Position numbers and translations under genes: made by a program
Notes under the pieces: generated by a model
Told to the model about the DNA's origin: nothing
Databases searched by the model: none
What the model saw: the letters and a program-made list of their open reading frames with translations, nothing else
Source of the DNA: Akkermansia sp.
GTDB taxonomy: Bacteria > Verrucomicrobiota > Verrucomicrobiia > Verrucomicrobiales > Akkermansiaceae
DNA: 64,000 bases
Direction: 5' to 3'
Assembly (NCBI GenBank): GCA_017472085.1
Contig: JAFUQZ010000084.1
Location: 424-64,423, forward strand
Part shown: piece by piece, positions 49,125-57,624 of the stretch
Layout: every line of letters begins with the position of its first letter
Numbering within the stretch: position 1 is the stretch's first letter

Positions 49125-49661
49125 TCAGAAATCCTGCGGAGTATCCAGCGTTTTGAGCAGCTCCTCATTTTCCTTTTCCAATTCCTTGACCCGATTTTGC
49201 ATCATGGCTGAATTTCGGGAAATGAGAGCTTCCGCTTCGTGCATTTCTGCAAACTTGATGATTTTCTCATAGTGCTGCCTGACGGCGGCATTTTTTCTTT
49301 TTTCTTCCTTCAGATTGCCGTTGACTCGCAACACGACATCCCGATTAATCAGCTTTCTGCTGCTGAATTCTCTCTTGCGGGTATCGATGATACGAATCAT
49401 CTGTGCTCTGCGGTTGTAACGCTCTCTCAATTCTTCTGCTTTTTCCCGAATACCGGGATAAGGCAGACGGTTGACGTAGTCGTTCGCAACAAGATCATTG
49501 CCGGCGGAGAGGAAATCCTCAAAGTCTTTTGATTCAATACTGGTGATGAATACATCCACATCCGGCAATGCCTTTTTTTGTGCGTCCTGATTCTGAGAAA
49601 AGAAATAACACCCGGCCGTTGGCACAAAGAGAACGAGGGTAAACAGAAACCATCCTTTCAT
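49125..49661 (-). CDS. N-terminally anchored coiled-coil protein
   Basis: Hydrophobic N-terminus, charged helical remainder; low GC. Confidence 0.75.
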   Translation of the reverse strand: MKGWFLFTLVLFVPTAGCYFFSQNQDAQKKALPDVDVFITSIESKDFEDFLSAGNDLVANDYVNRLPYPGIREKAEELRERYNRRAQMIRIIDTRKREFSSRKLINRDVVLRVNGNLKEEKRKNAAVRQHYEKIIKFAEMHEAEALISRNSAMMQNRVKELEKENEELLKTLDTPQDF

Positions 49662-49681
49662 GTTGATTGATAAGCTTAAGG

Positions 49682-50347
49682 TTATTTAATCGTCTGATTG
49701 AGCAGCTCCTGTTTAAGTGCCTGTTCCGTTCTGTTCAGCTCATCAAGAAGCTCTGTATCATTGAATCGCCGTCCCAGATTGGAGAATAATCTGGCGAAAT
49801 ACAGATACCCCGCCTGCGTTTCGACGTTTTTCCTGAGCTCTGCATAGCGTTTCATTGATGCTTTATGCGAGGCGATGCTCTTGCTTAATTTATCTCTTGC
49901 TTCCCGATTACGCATGCCGGCACGGGCAGATTCCTCCTCTTTGCGTAGAGTATCAAGGGAATCACTCACGCGTCCCAACTCGCAATAGTGCTCAAACAGC
50001 AGAGGCTTTTCTTTCGCCAGAATGGAAATAGGCCCCTGTGTCAGAGGATTGATTGCGACAGCATCTTCCTGTTTTTGTCTGCGAGCCTCTGCCTTCTTGT
50101 TCCCAAAAAGGAAGGGTTCACTCAGAGCCAGCAACCCTCCTGCGTTGAAAAACAGAAAGAGAGCGCCTATGGCACAGCCCATGGAGCAGCTCCTGTTGCC
50201 CTTATCCCGGTATTCCTCTTCCTCACTTCTGCCCACTTGCCCGGACATAATGTGAAAATAAATACCCCGTATAATGGCAGATAGGACGGCGCAGAGACAG
50301 AACAGTACTATTACAGCGTTCCAGAACTCATTTTCTATGAGCATCAT
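49682..50347 (-). CDS. Two-TM membrane protein with C-terminal coiled coil
   Basis: TM1 AVIVLFCLCAVLSAII, TM2 CAIGALFLFFNAGGLLAL, coiled-coil tail. Confidence 0.75.
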   Translation of the reverse strand: MMLIENEFWNAVIVLFCLCAVLSAIIRGIYFHIMSGQVGRSEEEEYRDKGNRSCSMGCAIGALFLFFNAGGLLALSEPFLFGNKKAEARRQKQEDAVAINPLTQGPISILAKEKPLLFEHYCELGRVSDSLDTLRKEEESARAGMRNREARDKLSKSIASHKASMKRYAELRKNVETQAGYLYFARLFSNLGRRFNDTELLDELNRTEQALKQELLNQTIK

Positions 50348-50367
50348 GGTGTGTGCAGCGGTGGTTT

Positions 50368-50970
50368 TCAGTCCATCATCATCAGAACATCTATCTCCGC
50401 ATTCAGCCGGTTGCAGTTGCTTTGCAGATTGGCCACATTCTGCTCGGCCTTATCCAGCACTTCCTGCATTCCGGCATCGTCCAGAGAATCCCGCATGGTT
50501 TGCATCATAGCGATGCGCTGACGCGCAAAACGAACATCCTGGTACGCGCGTTCGCGTATTTTTTTGAGCTCTTCCAGCTTCGTTTTTCGTTTTTCGATGC
50601 TGTTTTTGACGGTTTCGTGCTTGGACTCGAAAAAGACAGCCTGTTCCTCGCTGCGGAGTGCCAGGTCTTCCCTCCCTTCCTTACGCTGCGCTTCGGCCGT
50701 TTCGCGTGCGCGCCTGGCACAGACGAGGGCATCTGTCTGTGAGCCCATCAGGGCTGTCAGTTTATTGTAGGCAGAGTTATAGGCCTGGTCATAGCGGGCC
50801 AGCGCCAGCGTTCCCTGGTCCACCTGAGCCTCCATGCGGGAGACTTTGTCTCCCACAAACGAGTACCAGATAATTTTGGCATCGGATCTGTATTCCGGTG
50901 AGAGGATGATGGTGCCTGCGAACAGTACCAGGAGGGCTGCTATGCTATAGGTGATGATTTTTTTTAACAT
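50368..50970 (-). CDS. Membrane-anchored PspA/IM30-like coiled-coil protein 2
   Basis: Start MLKKIITYSIAALLVLFAG; AEAQRKEGREDLALRSEEQ matches the PspA A..A..G.EDLA motif; ends RLNAEIDVL. Confidence 0.6.
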   Translation of the reverse strand: MLKKIITYSIAALLVLFAGTIILSPEYRSDAKIIWYSFVGDKVSRMEAQVDQGTLALARYDQAYNSAYNKLTALMGSQTDALVCARRARETAEAQRKEGREDLALRSEEQAVFFESKHETVKNSIEKRKTKLEELKKIRERAYQDVRFARQRIAMMQTMRDSLDDAGMQEVLDKAEQNVANLQSNCNRLNAEIDVLMMMD

Positions 50971-50992
50971 GGGGAGTGAGGGGAAGAGAGAT

Positions 50993-51622
50993 TTATTCCA
51001 TATCATTGTCAAGCTGCTGCACCTGAAGCTCTGCATCCAGCCGGCTGCAGGTCTTCTTTACTTCCTCTTCCAGCTCGCGGGCGCGCTGCATGGCAAAGCC
51101 GGCATCGCCGCCGCTCAGGGCTGTCAGCTCTCCCTTGAGCATTTCGGTTTTGGCGCTGAGCGTGTCCAGCTCCACTTTCTTGCGTTTGAAGAAGAGGTCA
51201 AATTCCTTGTAGGAGGCTTCGGCCTTGGCAGAGGAATCTGCCAGTTTGGCAGCCTGTTCCTCAAACATGGCCTTTTCTGCATCCTTTGCAACAGCTGAGG
51301 CTTCCTTACCGCCTGCGCGCAGTTCTGCGGCTTTGATAGCTGCTTCTGCGGCTTTACGTTTCGCTTCGGAGTGCAGGGTCTTAAGCTGTACCAGTGATTC
51401 CCGCTTGGCCTTGTAGGCGGTTTTGTAGTGTTCCAGAGCCACGCGTGTTTTTCCCACGCGCTCCTCCATGGAGGCGATGATTTTGTCCACCGCCACAGCT
51501 CCGGTTGCTTCGATTGATTGTTTTGCTTCGGCTGTTTTTTCGGGATAGAACACGGCGAGACTCCCGAGCGTGAGGAGCAGTCCTGCTCCTCCGCCCACTG
51601 TCCATTTAATGATATTGGTCAT
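50993..51622 (-). CDS. Membrane-anchored PspA/IM30-like coiled-coil protein 1
   Basis: TM GAGLLLTLGSLAVFY; DKIIASMEERVGKTRVAL, AAELRAGGKEASA, ends RLDAELQV; same layout as its neighbour. Confidence 0.5.
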   Translation of the reverse strand: MTNIIKWTVGGGAGLLLTLGSLAVFYPEKTAEAKQSIEATGAVAVDKIIASMEERVGKTRVALEHYKTAYKAKRESLVQLKTLHSEAKRKAAEAAIKAAELRAGGKEASAVAKDAEKAMFEEQAAKLADSSAKAEASYKEFDLFFKRKKVELDTLSAKTEMLKGELTALSGGDAGFAMQRARELEEEVKKTCSRLDAELQVQQLDNDME

Positions 51623-51630
51623 GTTGGTTG

Positions 51631-51657
51631 AGTGTTGTTAGTGTTGTTAGTGTTGAT
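51631..51657. repeat. 9-bp tandem repeat AGTGTTGTT x3 (CAA-rich leader on the minus strand)
   Basis: AGTGTTGTT AGTGTTGTT AGTGTTGAT. Confidence 0.8.
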
Positions 51658-51668
51658 GAGAGGATAAT

Positions 51669-54600
51669 TTATCGGTTGCTGATGTAGTTGCGGATGAAGT
51701 GTATCAGGCATTGTGCCATGATAAGGAACGGAGCAAGGATAAGTGCCAGCATCAGCATGCACGCTGCCACCGCACATCCCATGGTTTTGTTTTCCAAATC
51801 TTTGTAGAGCCGCCCGTGCTTATCCACATACACGGTATCAAAATCACCTCTGGCGCTGCATGCGGCAGCTACGAACATGCCGATGCCGAGTCCGTAGAGC
51901 AAACGGTGCATGAGGAGGAGATACCAGGGTTCCGGATTAACCGTTTTATATCGGGGCGTCAGCAGGGCCAGGTAATAGACAAAGGGTATAGCCCAGGCCA
52001 CAAAGCCAATCATGAACCCTGCCGCTATGCAAATGGAACAGATAATGATAAATTGCTTTTTCTCACACCCAAGTATACGACTCTGAGCGTTGTTTAAATC
52101 TGAACCAAAGGCATTGAGTGCATATTTTTCATCATCACTCAAATCCGATATTCCCTTGAATTTCGCCAAGGCTGCATAGCCCTTGTCGATTTCTTTCTTC
52201 AGAGAAAAGTAGCGTACTTCCACTCCGTCCATATTTTCCCTTTCCATATTGTCCCATATTTCGCGCAATTCATTAAATTCATTGCGCAAGCCTTCGACAT
52301 CAAAGACGCAGCCTTGAGGGACCTCATAATCTTCCGGCAATTCAAGTGCTTTCCAGCGGCGTTTATTTTCCCGGTACAAAATCCACCCCATGTAAGGGAT
52401 TGACAACAGCCACAGCGTGACAATAGTGATGATAATGGTCAGGATTGCATTTTCGGCAGATTCCTCGATTGATACCGGCGCAGCTGGGCGCTCCATACCG
52501 AACGTATCCCATTTGTCGCGCATACTGATAATGGTTTTTTCATATTCTTGCGAGGCTTCTCCGGTGTCGTTTTCGTAGATGTAAAATGATGCAAAATTGA
52601 CTGATGTACGGAAATCGTTGGAAAGCCAAATCCAATTACTGTAGAAATATTGATCTGTTGTGATAATATGTTTCCCGGCCGTATCCGTTGCGTGAGCATA
52701 GCAGGTTACTTTCTTTTGTTCGGATGATACGAAATAATTCTTGAATGCATCCGGCAAACGGTAGATAGATACTTTCAGGTCAACTAAATCACCGATGGAG
52801 GCGTTGAGTATTTTTTCCGGGGCGTCAATATCAGACAGATACAGTCCGAACACCCCGTCGGGCCATTTGATTTTGTTTTTGTAGTCCAGCTTTCCGTAGC
52901 CGACCTTTGCCTGTATATTTTCTGTGTAACTATAGTCGGCAAAGAATGAAAGCACTTCATGGTATTTCGGAATGATGACCTCCTTGTAGAATCGGATATA
53001 TTCCGGACTGACTTCGAGCGTTGCGCTTGCTCCTGTGAACCAGTAGCGACTGCGCTTGGCTTCCTCTGAGCTCAATAACCCAAAAGACGTCTGTTTATAC
53101 GGACTGGCCGATTTGATGATGTACTGGGTCTGCGTGTGTTCTTTTACGCCCGTAGTAAATTTTTTGAACCAATCCAAATCCTGATTGCTTTCCGGCAATT
53201 CCAGATTCAGCCAGAAGTCCTGCATGTCCTGAGGAATTCCGACGTATTCGACACCATCAGATGCTGCAGGCTGTTCTATCTCAAGGTTTTCGTATACGAC
53301 AGGAGATGCTTCCTCAACGACTCGCGGTTTATTTGTTTCGATGCTAAATTGCGTTTTGTCCGGCGTGATACCTTCTTCCAGACAGATATCATCAAAGGAA
53401 AGATCTTTTGCATAAGTTTTCAGTATCCAGTACGGTTGGCAGACGAAGGAACTGTTGCATGAGGCCACGCTGTTTCCCGCATTATCGTACAGTCGGGCTG
53501 TTATGTTCTCCTTTGTACCTTCGGTTGAGGTATAGTATTCCGAGAAAACTTCCGGTAAATAATAGACCGTCATCTTCAGGTTGACCGTGGCACCGTCCTT
53601 TCTGCTGAACAGGGATTCCGGTTCATCTGCGGTCAGGAAGTAAATCCAGGAGCCTCTGTTTTTGAAATCTTTGGGTCTGTTGTATCTGAGGCTGTATTCA
53701 GATTGCCTGAGGCTAATCGTTCCTTTGATGCGATGGACGGCGACCTCCGTGCTCAGGGCTTTCAGGAAGGCTCCGTATTTGGGAACAATGACCTCATGAT
53801 AAAAACGGACAGAATCTGAACTGACACGCACATGCGCCGTGGCTCCCGTATACCAGTTATTGCCTTTTTGGGCCTGGTCGGCAGAGAGCTTTTCAAAGGG
53901 AACAGGCCGATATTGCTGCCCGGGAACGACAGTAAGTTGAGGTGTCAGATTCTGCGCGATAGCTTTGACCGTATTGTGAAAGCCCGTGGTATCCGTCTTA
54001 TTCTCCAGCGGTTTCAGGTTGTACCAGAACTGCCGCATGGCCTTCGGAATTCCGGGGTATTTGTCTGCGTACGGATTTTCATCGCCCTTATCTGAGGCCT
54101 GAGTAACAGTCTCGGGGGCAGCATCCCCGGCATCATCACTCAGCAATTCTTCAATTGCTCGTTCGTTTGCATTTTCTTTTTCGATGTCTTTGGCAAATTC
54201 CGCGTCCTTGAATCGGAATGCCTTCAATTCTTCATCCCAGGTCACATATTTCTGAACACCGGGGATGGCACTCTTCTGAACGGCTGAGTTGTAATCAACA
54301 TTTTTCTGCAGCAGCAGATTTTGCACGGAGACGAGGACGCAGTCTCTCCAGCCGCTGTCGATGGAGCTTTCGAGCTGCTTCGAATGGTTACCGAGCTTCA
54401 GGAGCAGGTCTGCCGTGGCGATGGCCTTGGAGACGTCTTCGATATATGCCTCTGCCGTCCCTTGATTGGGGTTGGCATCTTTGCTGTGCTCCTGCTGAAT
54501 GCGGAGAAGGGTGGCTGCTGATGAGCCGAATACGAGCTTGCCGTTGTCGTGACGCACCTGCACGCTATCCTTGCCTGTGTTAATGATAGGGGCCTGCGTG

Positions 54601-54815
54601 ATGGCCTTGCCGTTCTCCGGGGTGATGATTCCATTTGTCACCAGAACGTTGATGATGCGTTCCCGGCATGCTGCCAGCATGTTGTCATCTTTCTGTTGGT
54701 TCTGTCCCGGCATGGGGGGTGCCTCGCCGGTATTCTGTGTCGGTGTCGCCGTAATCGGCAGCACCATTGCCGGCAACAGCAGCAGCCATTGCAAATTGTG
54801 TAGTGTGTGTTTCAT
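51669..54815 (-). CDS. Large exported protein with an internally duplicated ~210-aa domain and a multi-TM C-terminal region
   Basis: Signal peptide; repeats start YPGIPKAMRQFWYNL (54059) and YVGIPQDMQDFWLNL (53246); TM segments from ~52450 to the C-terminus. Confidence 0.85.
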   Translation of the reverse strand: MKHTLHNLQWLLLLPAMVLPITATPTQNTGEAPPMPGQNQQKDDNMLAACRERIINVLVTNGIITPENGKAITQAPIINTGKDSVQVRHDNGKLVFGSSAATLLRIQQEHSKDANPNQGTAEAYIEDVSKAIATADLLLKLGNHSKQLESSIDSGWRDCVLVSVQNLLLQKNVDYNSAVQKSAIPGVQKYVTWDEELKAFRFKDAEFAKDIEKENANERAIEELLSDDAGDAAPETVTQASDKGDENPYADKYPGIPKAMRQFWYNLKPLENKTDTTGFHNTVKAIAQNLTPQLTVVPGQQYRPVPFEKLSADQAQKGNNWYTGATAHVRVSSDSVRFYHEVIVPKYGAFLKALSTEVAVHRIKGTISLRQSEYSLRYNRPKDFKNRGSWIYFLTADEPESLFSRKDGATVNLKMTVYYLPEVFSEYYTSTEGTKENITARLYDNAGNSVASCNSSFVCQPYWILKTYAKDLSFDDICLEEGITPDKTQFSIETNKPRVVEEASPVVYENLEIEQPAASDGVEYVGIPQDMQDFWLNLELPESNQDLDWFKKFTTGVKEHTQTQYIIKSASPYKQTSFGLLSSEEAKRSRYWFTGASATLEVSPEYIRFYKEVIIPKYHEVLSFFADYSYTENIQAKVGYGKLDYKNKIKWPDGVFGLYLSDIDAPEKILNASIGDLVDLKVSIYRLPDAFKNYFVSSEQKKVTCYAHATDTAGKHIITTDQYFYSNWIWLSNDFRTSVNFASFYIYENDTGEASQEYEKTIISMRDKWDTFGMERPAAPVSIEESAENAILTIIITIVTLWLLSIPYMGWILYRENKRRWKALELPEDYEVPQGCVFDVEGLRNEFNELREIWDNMERENMDGVEVRYFSLKKEIDKGYAALAKFKGISDLSDDEKYALNAFGSDLNNAQSRILGCEKKQFIIICSICIAAGFMIGFVAWAIPFVYYLALLTPRYKTVNPEPWYLLLMHRLLYGLGIGMFVAAACSARGDFDTVYVDKHGRLYKDLENKTMGCAVAACMLMLALILAPFLIMAQCLIHFIRNYISNR

Positions 54816-54912
54816 ATTGGTGATTTGTTGGTGAAGTGAGGATTGTGGTTTATAGTCTCCTCTCGTGTGAGTTCCTTCTCAGAGACGCGGATTATTTGTG
54901 AATGCCATTTTG

Positions 54913-56448
54913 TTAACGATGCATCAGTATGAGGGCTGCGTAAGATAAGTACAGACGCTGTATGCCGCCCATTTCGGAGTGCGAATCAAAATGATTTCTC
55001 AGTTTTTCGGAACCAAACCACATGGGGGCATTATACCCTTGCAACGCATGTTCACCACTCGCTTTAAGTAAGTCGTGAGTGTTCTTCATCACCTTGACGC
55101 TTTCTCTATCATACAGAAGCCATCCGCATCCCTCCCCGTATGCGTCGAAAATGCACAGAATGTTGGAGGCCAGTTGCTCCAGTATCAGCATTTGTTGGTT
55201 CAGCAAATCTGCATATTTGTCTGCACTGGCTTTATCCACGATCAGTTTGGTTATTCGGTGGTATTCCGTCACCCATTCATCCAGCAGTCTGATGGATTCC
55301 GGAAGTACATATTTGAGCAGGGCTTCCAGTTCTTCATGGCAAACGCTGTCCCCTTCTTTCCATACTTTGGCATTATCCTGCAGGGCATAGTATTGCAGAT
55401 ACGCATTTCGCGCAGCTGCAAATTTGGCTTGGCGTATGGACTCTGCCCCTTCTTCTGCGGAGAGTGTTTTTTCAAAGCCCAGTTGTTCCACCAGCTTCTC
55501 ATCAACATTTGCGTTCGGTTTATAGCTTTTGATGACGGCGGCCAGGGTCTTGTCAATGGCGTATTTGGCGTTGATATAGACTTTCTGCTTGTGTTCCAGG
55601 GTTGATTGTGCCAGAGTTGTGCGGATGTGTTGATTTGTCTGGTCTATTGTTTCCTTTACTTTGTGGTGTTCCGTGCTTTTCTTCTCCACGGCTTCCGCGA
55701 CAGCATCTAGGGCCAGCATCCAAATCTGTATGCGCTGATTTTCGTAGCGCAGCATGGCAAACAGTCCCTTATTGTCGTCCAGTCCTGCTCCTTCTTCCGG
55801 ATAGTGTGCCACAATATCCTCCACATAGCGCTTGTACGCCGGTTCTGCGGTGGCCTTTTGCTTGAGGAAGTCATGGAACTTCTGCTCACGGGACAGAAGC
55901 CGGCGGTCAACGACATGCAGAGCATACAGACACAACAGCGTTTCAGGGTTACTGCGCTCCTGCCTGTCGAACAAATGACTGGCATTCCGGGAACGACCGT
56001 AGTACCAGTATTCCTTGATTCCATCATACGTCGCATTTGCCCGGGCTTCTCCGCTCACCAGTGCGGCTTCTTCCACCAGTTTGCGTGCGCCTGCCTCCAC
56101 GTCTGCATCGCGTGCGGGGCGCTCCAACAAGGCCGCCACTGCGGTCTTGTTCACCTTCACTCGCGCCGGTTCATTCCCATCATAATACATGTATTTCCAT
56201 GTTGTTTCGCCGTGGATTTTTCGTTTGTTGAACTCTTCTTCCTCCAGATAGCTGAACTTTGCCTGCTGTTGTACCTGTTCTGCTGCCACCGCAGGGAATC
56301 CTATTTTGCCGAATTCCTCTGCAATAATCTTTGCCACTCCTGCCAGTGTCTTTCTCAGCAGGCTGTCCATTTCTGCCTCGCTTGGCGCCGCCGTGGCACT
56401 CGCCAACAGGCATGCTCCGGCTATCATGCTTAAAATAATCCGTTTCAT
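54913..56448 (-). CDS. Secreted alpha-helical hypothetical protein
   Basis: Signal peptide MKRIILSMIAGACLLASATA; 511-aa ORF; no motif recognised. Confidence 0.8.
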   Translation of the reverse strand: MKRIILSMIAGACLLASATAAPSEAEMDSLLRKTLAGVAKIIAEEFGKIGFPAVAAEQVQQQAKFSYLEEEEFNKRKIHGETTWKYMYYDGNEPARVKVNKTAVAALLERPARDADVEAGARKLVEEAALVSGEARANATYDGIKEYWYYGRSRNASHLFDRQERSNPETLLCLYALHVVDRRLLSREQKFHDFLKQKATAEPAYKRYVEDIVAHYPEEGAGLDDNKGLFAMLRYENQRIQIWMLALDAVAEAVEKKSTEHHKVKETIDQTNQHIRTTLAQSTLEHKQKVYINAKYAIDKTLAAVIKSYKPNANVDEKLVEQLGFEKTLSAEEGAESIRQAKFAAARNAYLQYYALQDNAKVWKEGDSVCHEELEALLKYVLPESIRLLDEWVTEYHRITKLIVDKASADKYADLLNQQMLILEQLASNILCIFDAYGEGCGWLLYDRESVKVMKNTHDLLKASGEHALQGYNAPMWFGSEKLRNHFDSHSEMGGIQRLYLSYAALILMHR

Positions 56449-56462
56449 ATCATCAGATGCTC

Positions 56463-57599
56463 TTAGTTTTCCTCCTCGCCCGTCTTGCCATAACGCATTT
56501 GTGTGTTAAATGCAACGAGCTTCAATAATGTGCTGACTGCTATTTTTGCGGCTTTGGCCCCTTCGGTGTTCTTAACACTGCACTCGGGTTCGATCCACTT
56601 ATTATTTTCCCACACTCCACCTGTTTTTTCTTGTTTATCGGGTGCGCTTAATCCATCACGAACATGCTTAGTTGCATCTTCCCAATTAGTAAATAAAATA
56701 TCTGCACTTTGCGCGTAGATAAACCAAGCTAACGCATAATCAAGTTGATTTTTTATTGGATATTTGAATCCCAAAAGGTATTCAATGGTATCTAGTTTTT
56801 CGTATGTGTAGGTAACTTTGTTGTCTTTTACTTCGGTAAACAACAACAAAGATAAAGCCATTTCCGGGGGGCACTCTTTCGCAATATAGTCTACAAAATT
56901 GCTTTTATTGTCAGTTTTTTTGTGTCGCTGAAGTTCGTACAGGTACTGTACATAGACAGCATACGATTCTGTGGAAACAAACCTAAGCCGATAGCGAAGT
57001 GTAAATAAATCGGGGGGGTATCCTCCTTCCTCCGGTTTTTTTTCATATCGGACGTCATCAATCGTTGGCTGTTCATACGAAAATATAGCATGCCCCATTT
57101 CATGAGCTATGCAGATATCAGCATCACCGGGAAGTCCCGGCTTGAAAGAGAAATTTTTGTCTTTTGTTTCAGGTGTATCCGTTTCAGCCATAACGGCGAT
57201 ATAATCTCTGAATGTATATCCGTACTTTTTAGCATCCTGAGCAGAATATCTACCGTGTGCGGCTCTTACTAAACAGTAATCATTTGGTTCCGTGAAAAAA
57301 AGCGATACATTATCCGTTATGTCAATTTTGCCATCTGTTGAGATTCCCAGAATTCGGGAATCTGTCATTACTGCCTCGTTTGAAAAAAATGGAATTACTT
57401 TTTCCTCTGCCAGTTTTTTTAATTCAGCATCATAAGCTTTATTATGTCTATAACGCCCGGCTACAATTTCACTACTAAATGGGTAGTCGATTGTAAAACC
57501 CTTAAAATACCAGTGGTCATTGTTGTAAGCCTCATTTGCTGATATCTCCTGGGAATGGAGAATTAAACCGAGAGAGAAAAGGAATAAAAGATGTTTCAT
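56463..57599 (-). CDS. Secreted putative zinc metallopeptidase (HExxH), strongly AT-rich
   Basis: Signal peptide; ICIAHEMGHAIF at 57090-57104 and downstream TESYA. Confidence 0.65.
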   Translation of the reverse strand: MKHLLFLFSLGLILHSQEISANEAYNNDHWYFKGFTIDYPFSSEIVAGRYRHNKAYDAELKKLAEEKVIPFFSNEAVMTDSRILGISTDGKIDITDNVSLFFTEPNDYCLVRAAHGRYSAQDAKKYGYTFRDYIAVMAETDTPETKDKNFSFKPGLPGDADICIAHEMGHAIFSYEQPTIDDVRYEKKPEEGGYPPDLFTLRYRLRFVSTESYAVYVQYLYELQRHKKTDNKSNFVDYIAKECPPEMALSLLLFTEVKDNKVTYTYEKLDTIEYLLGFKYPIKNQLDYALAWFIYAQSADILFTNWEDATKHVRDGLSAPDKQEKTGGVWENNKWIEPECSVKNTEGAKAAKIAVSTLLKLVAFNTQMRYGKTGEEEN

Positions 57600-57624
57600 A
57601 AGAAAAATATGGTTTTTGGAAAAA

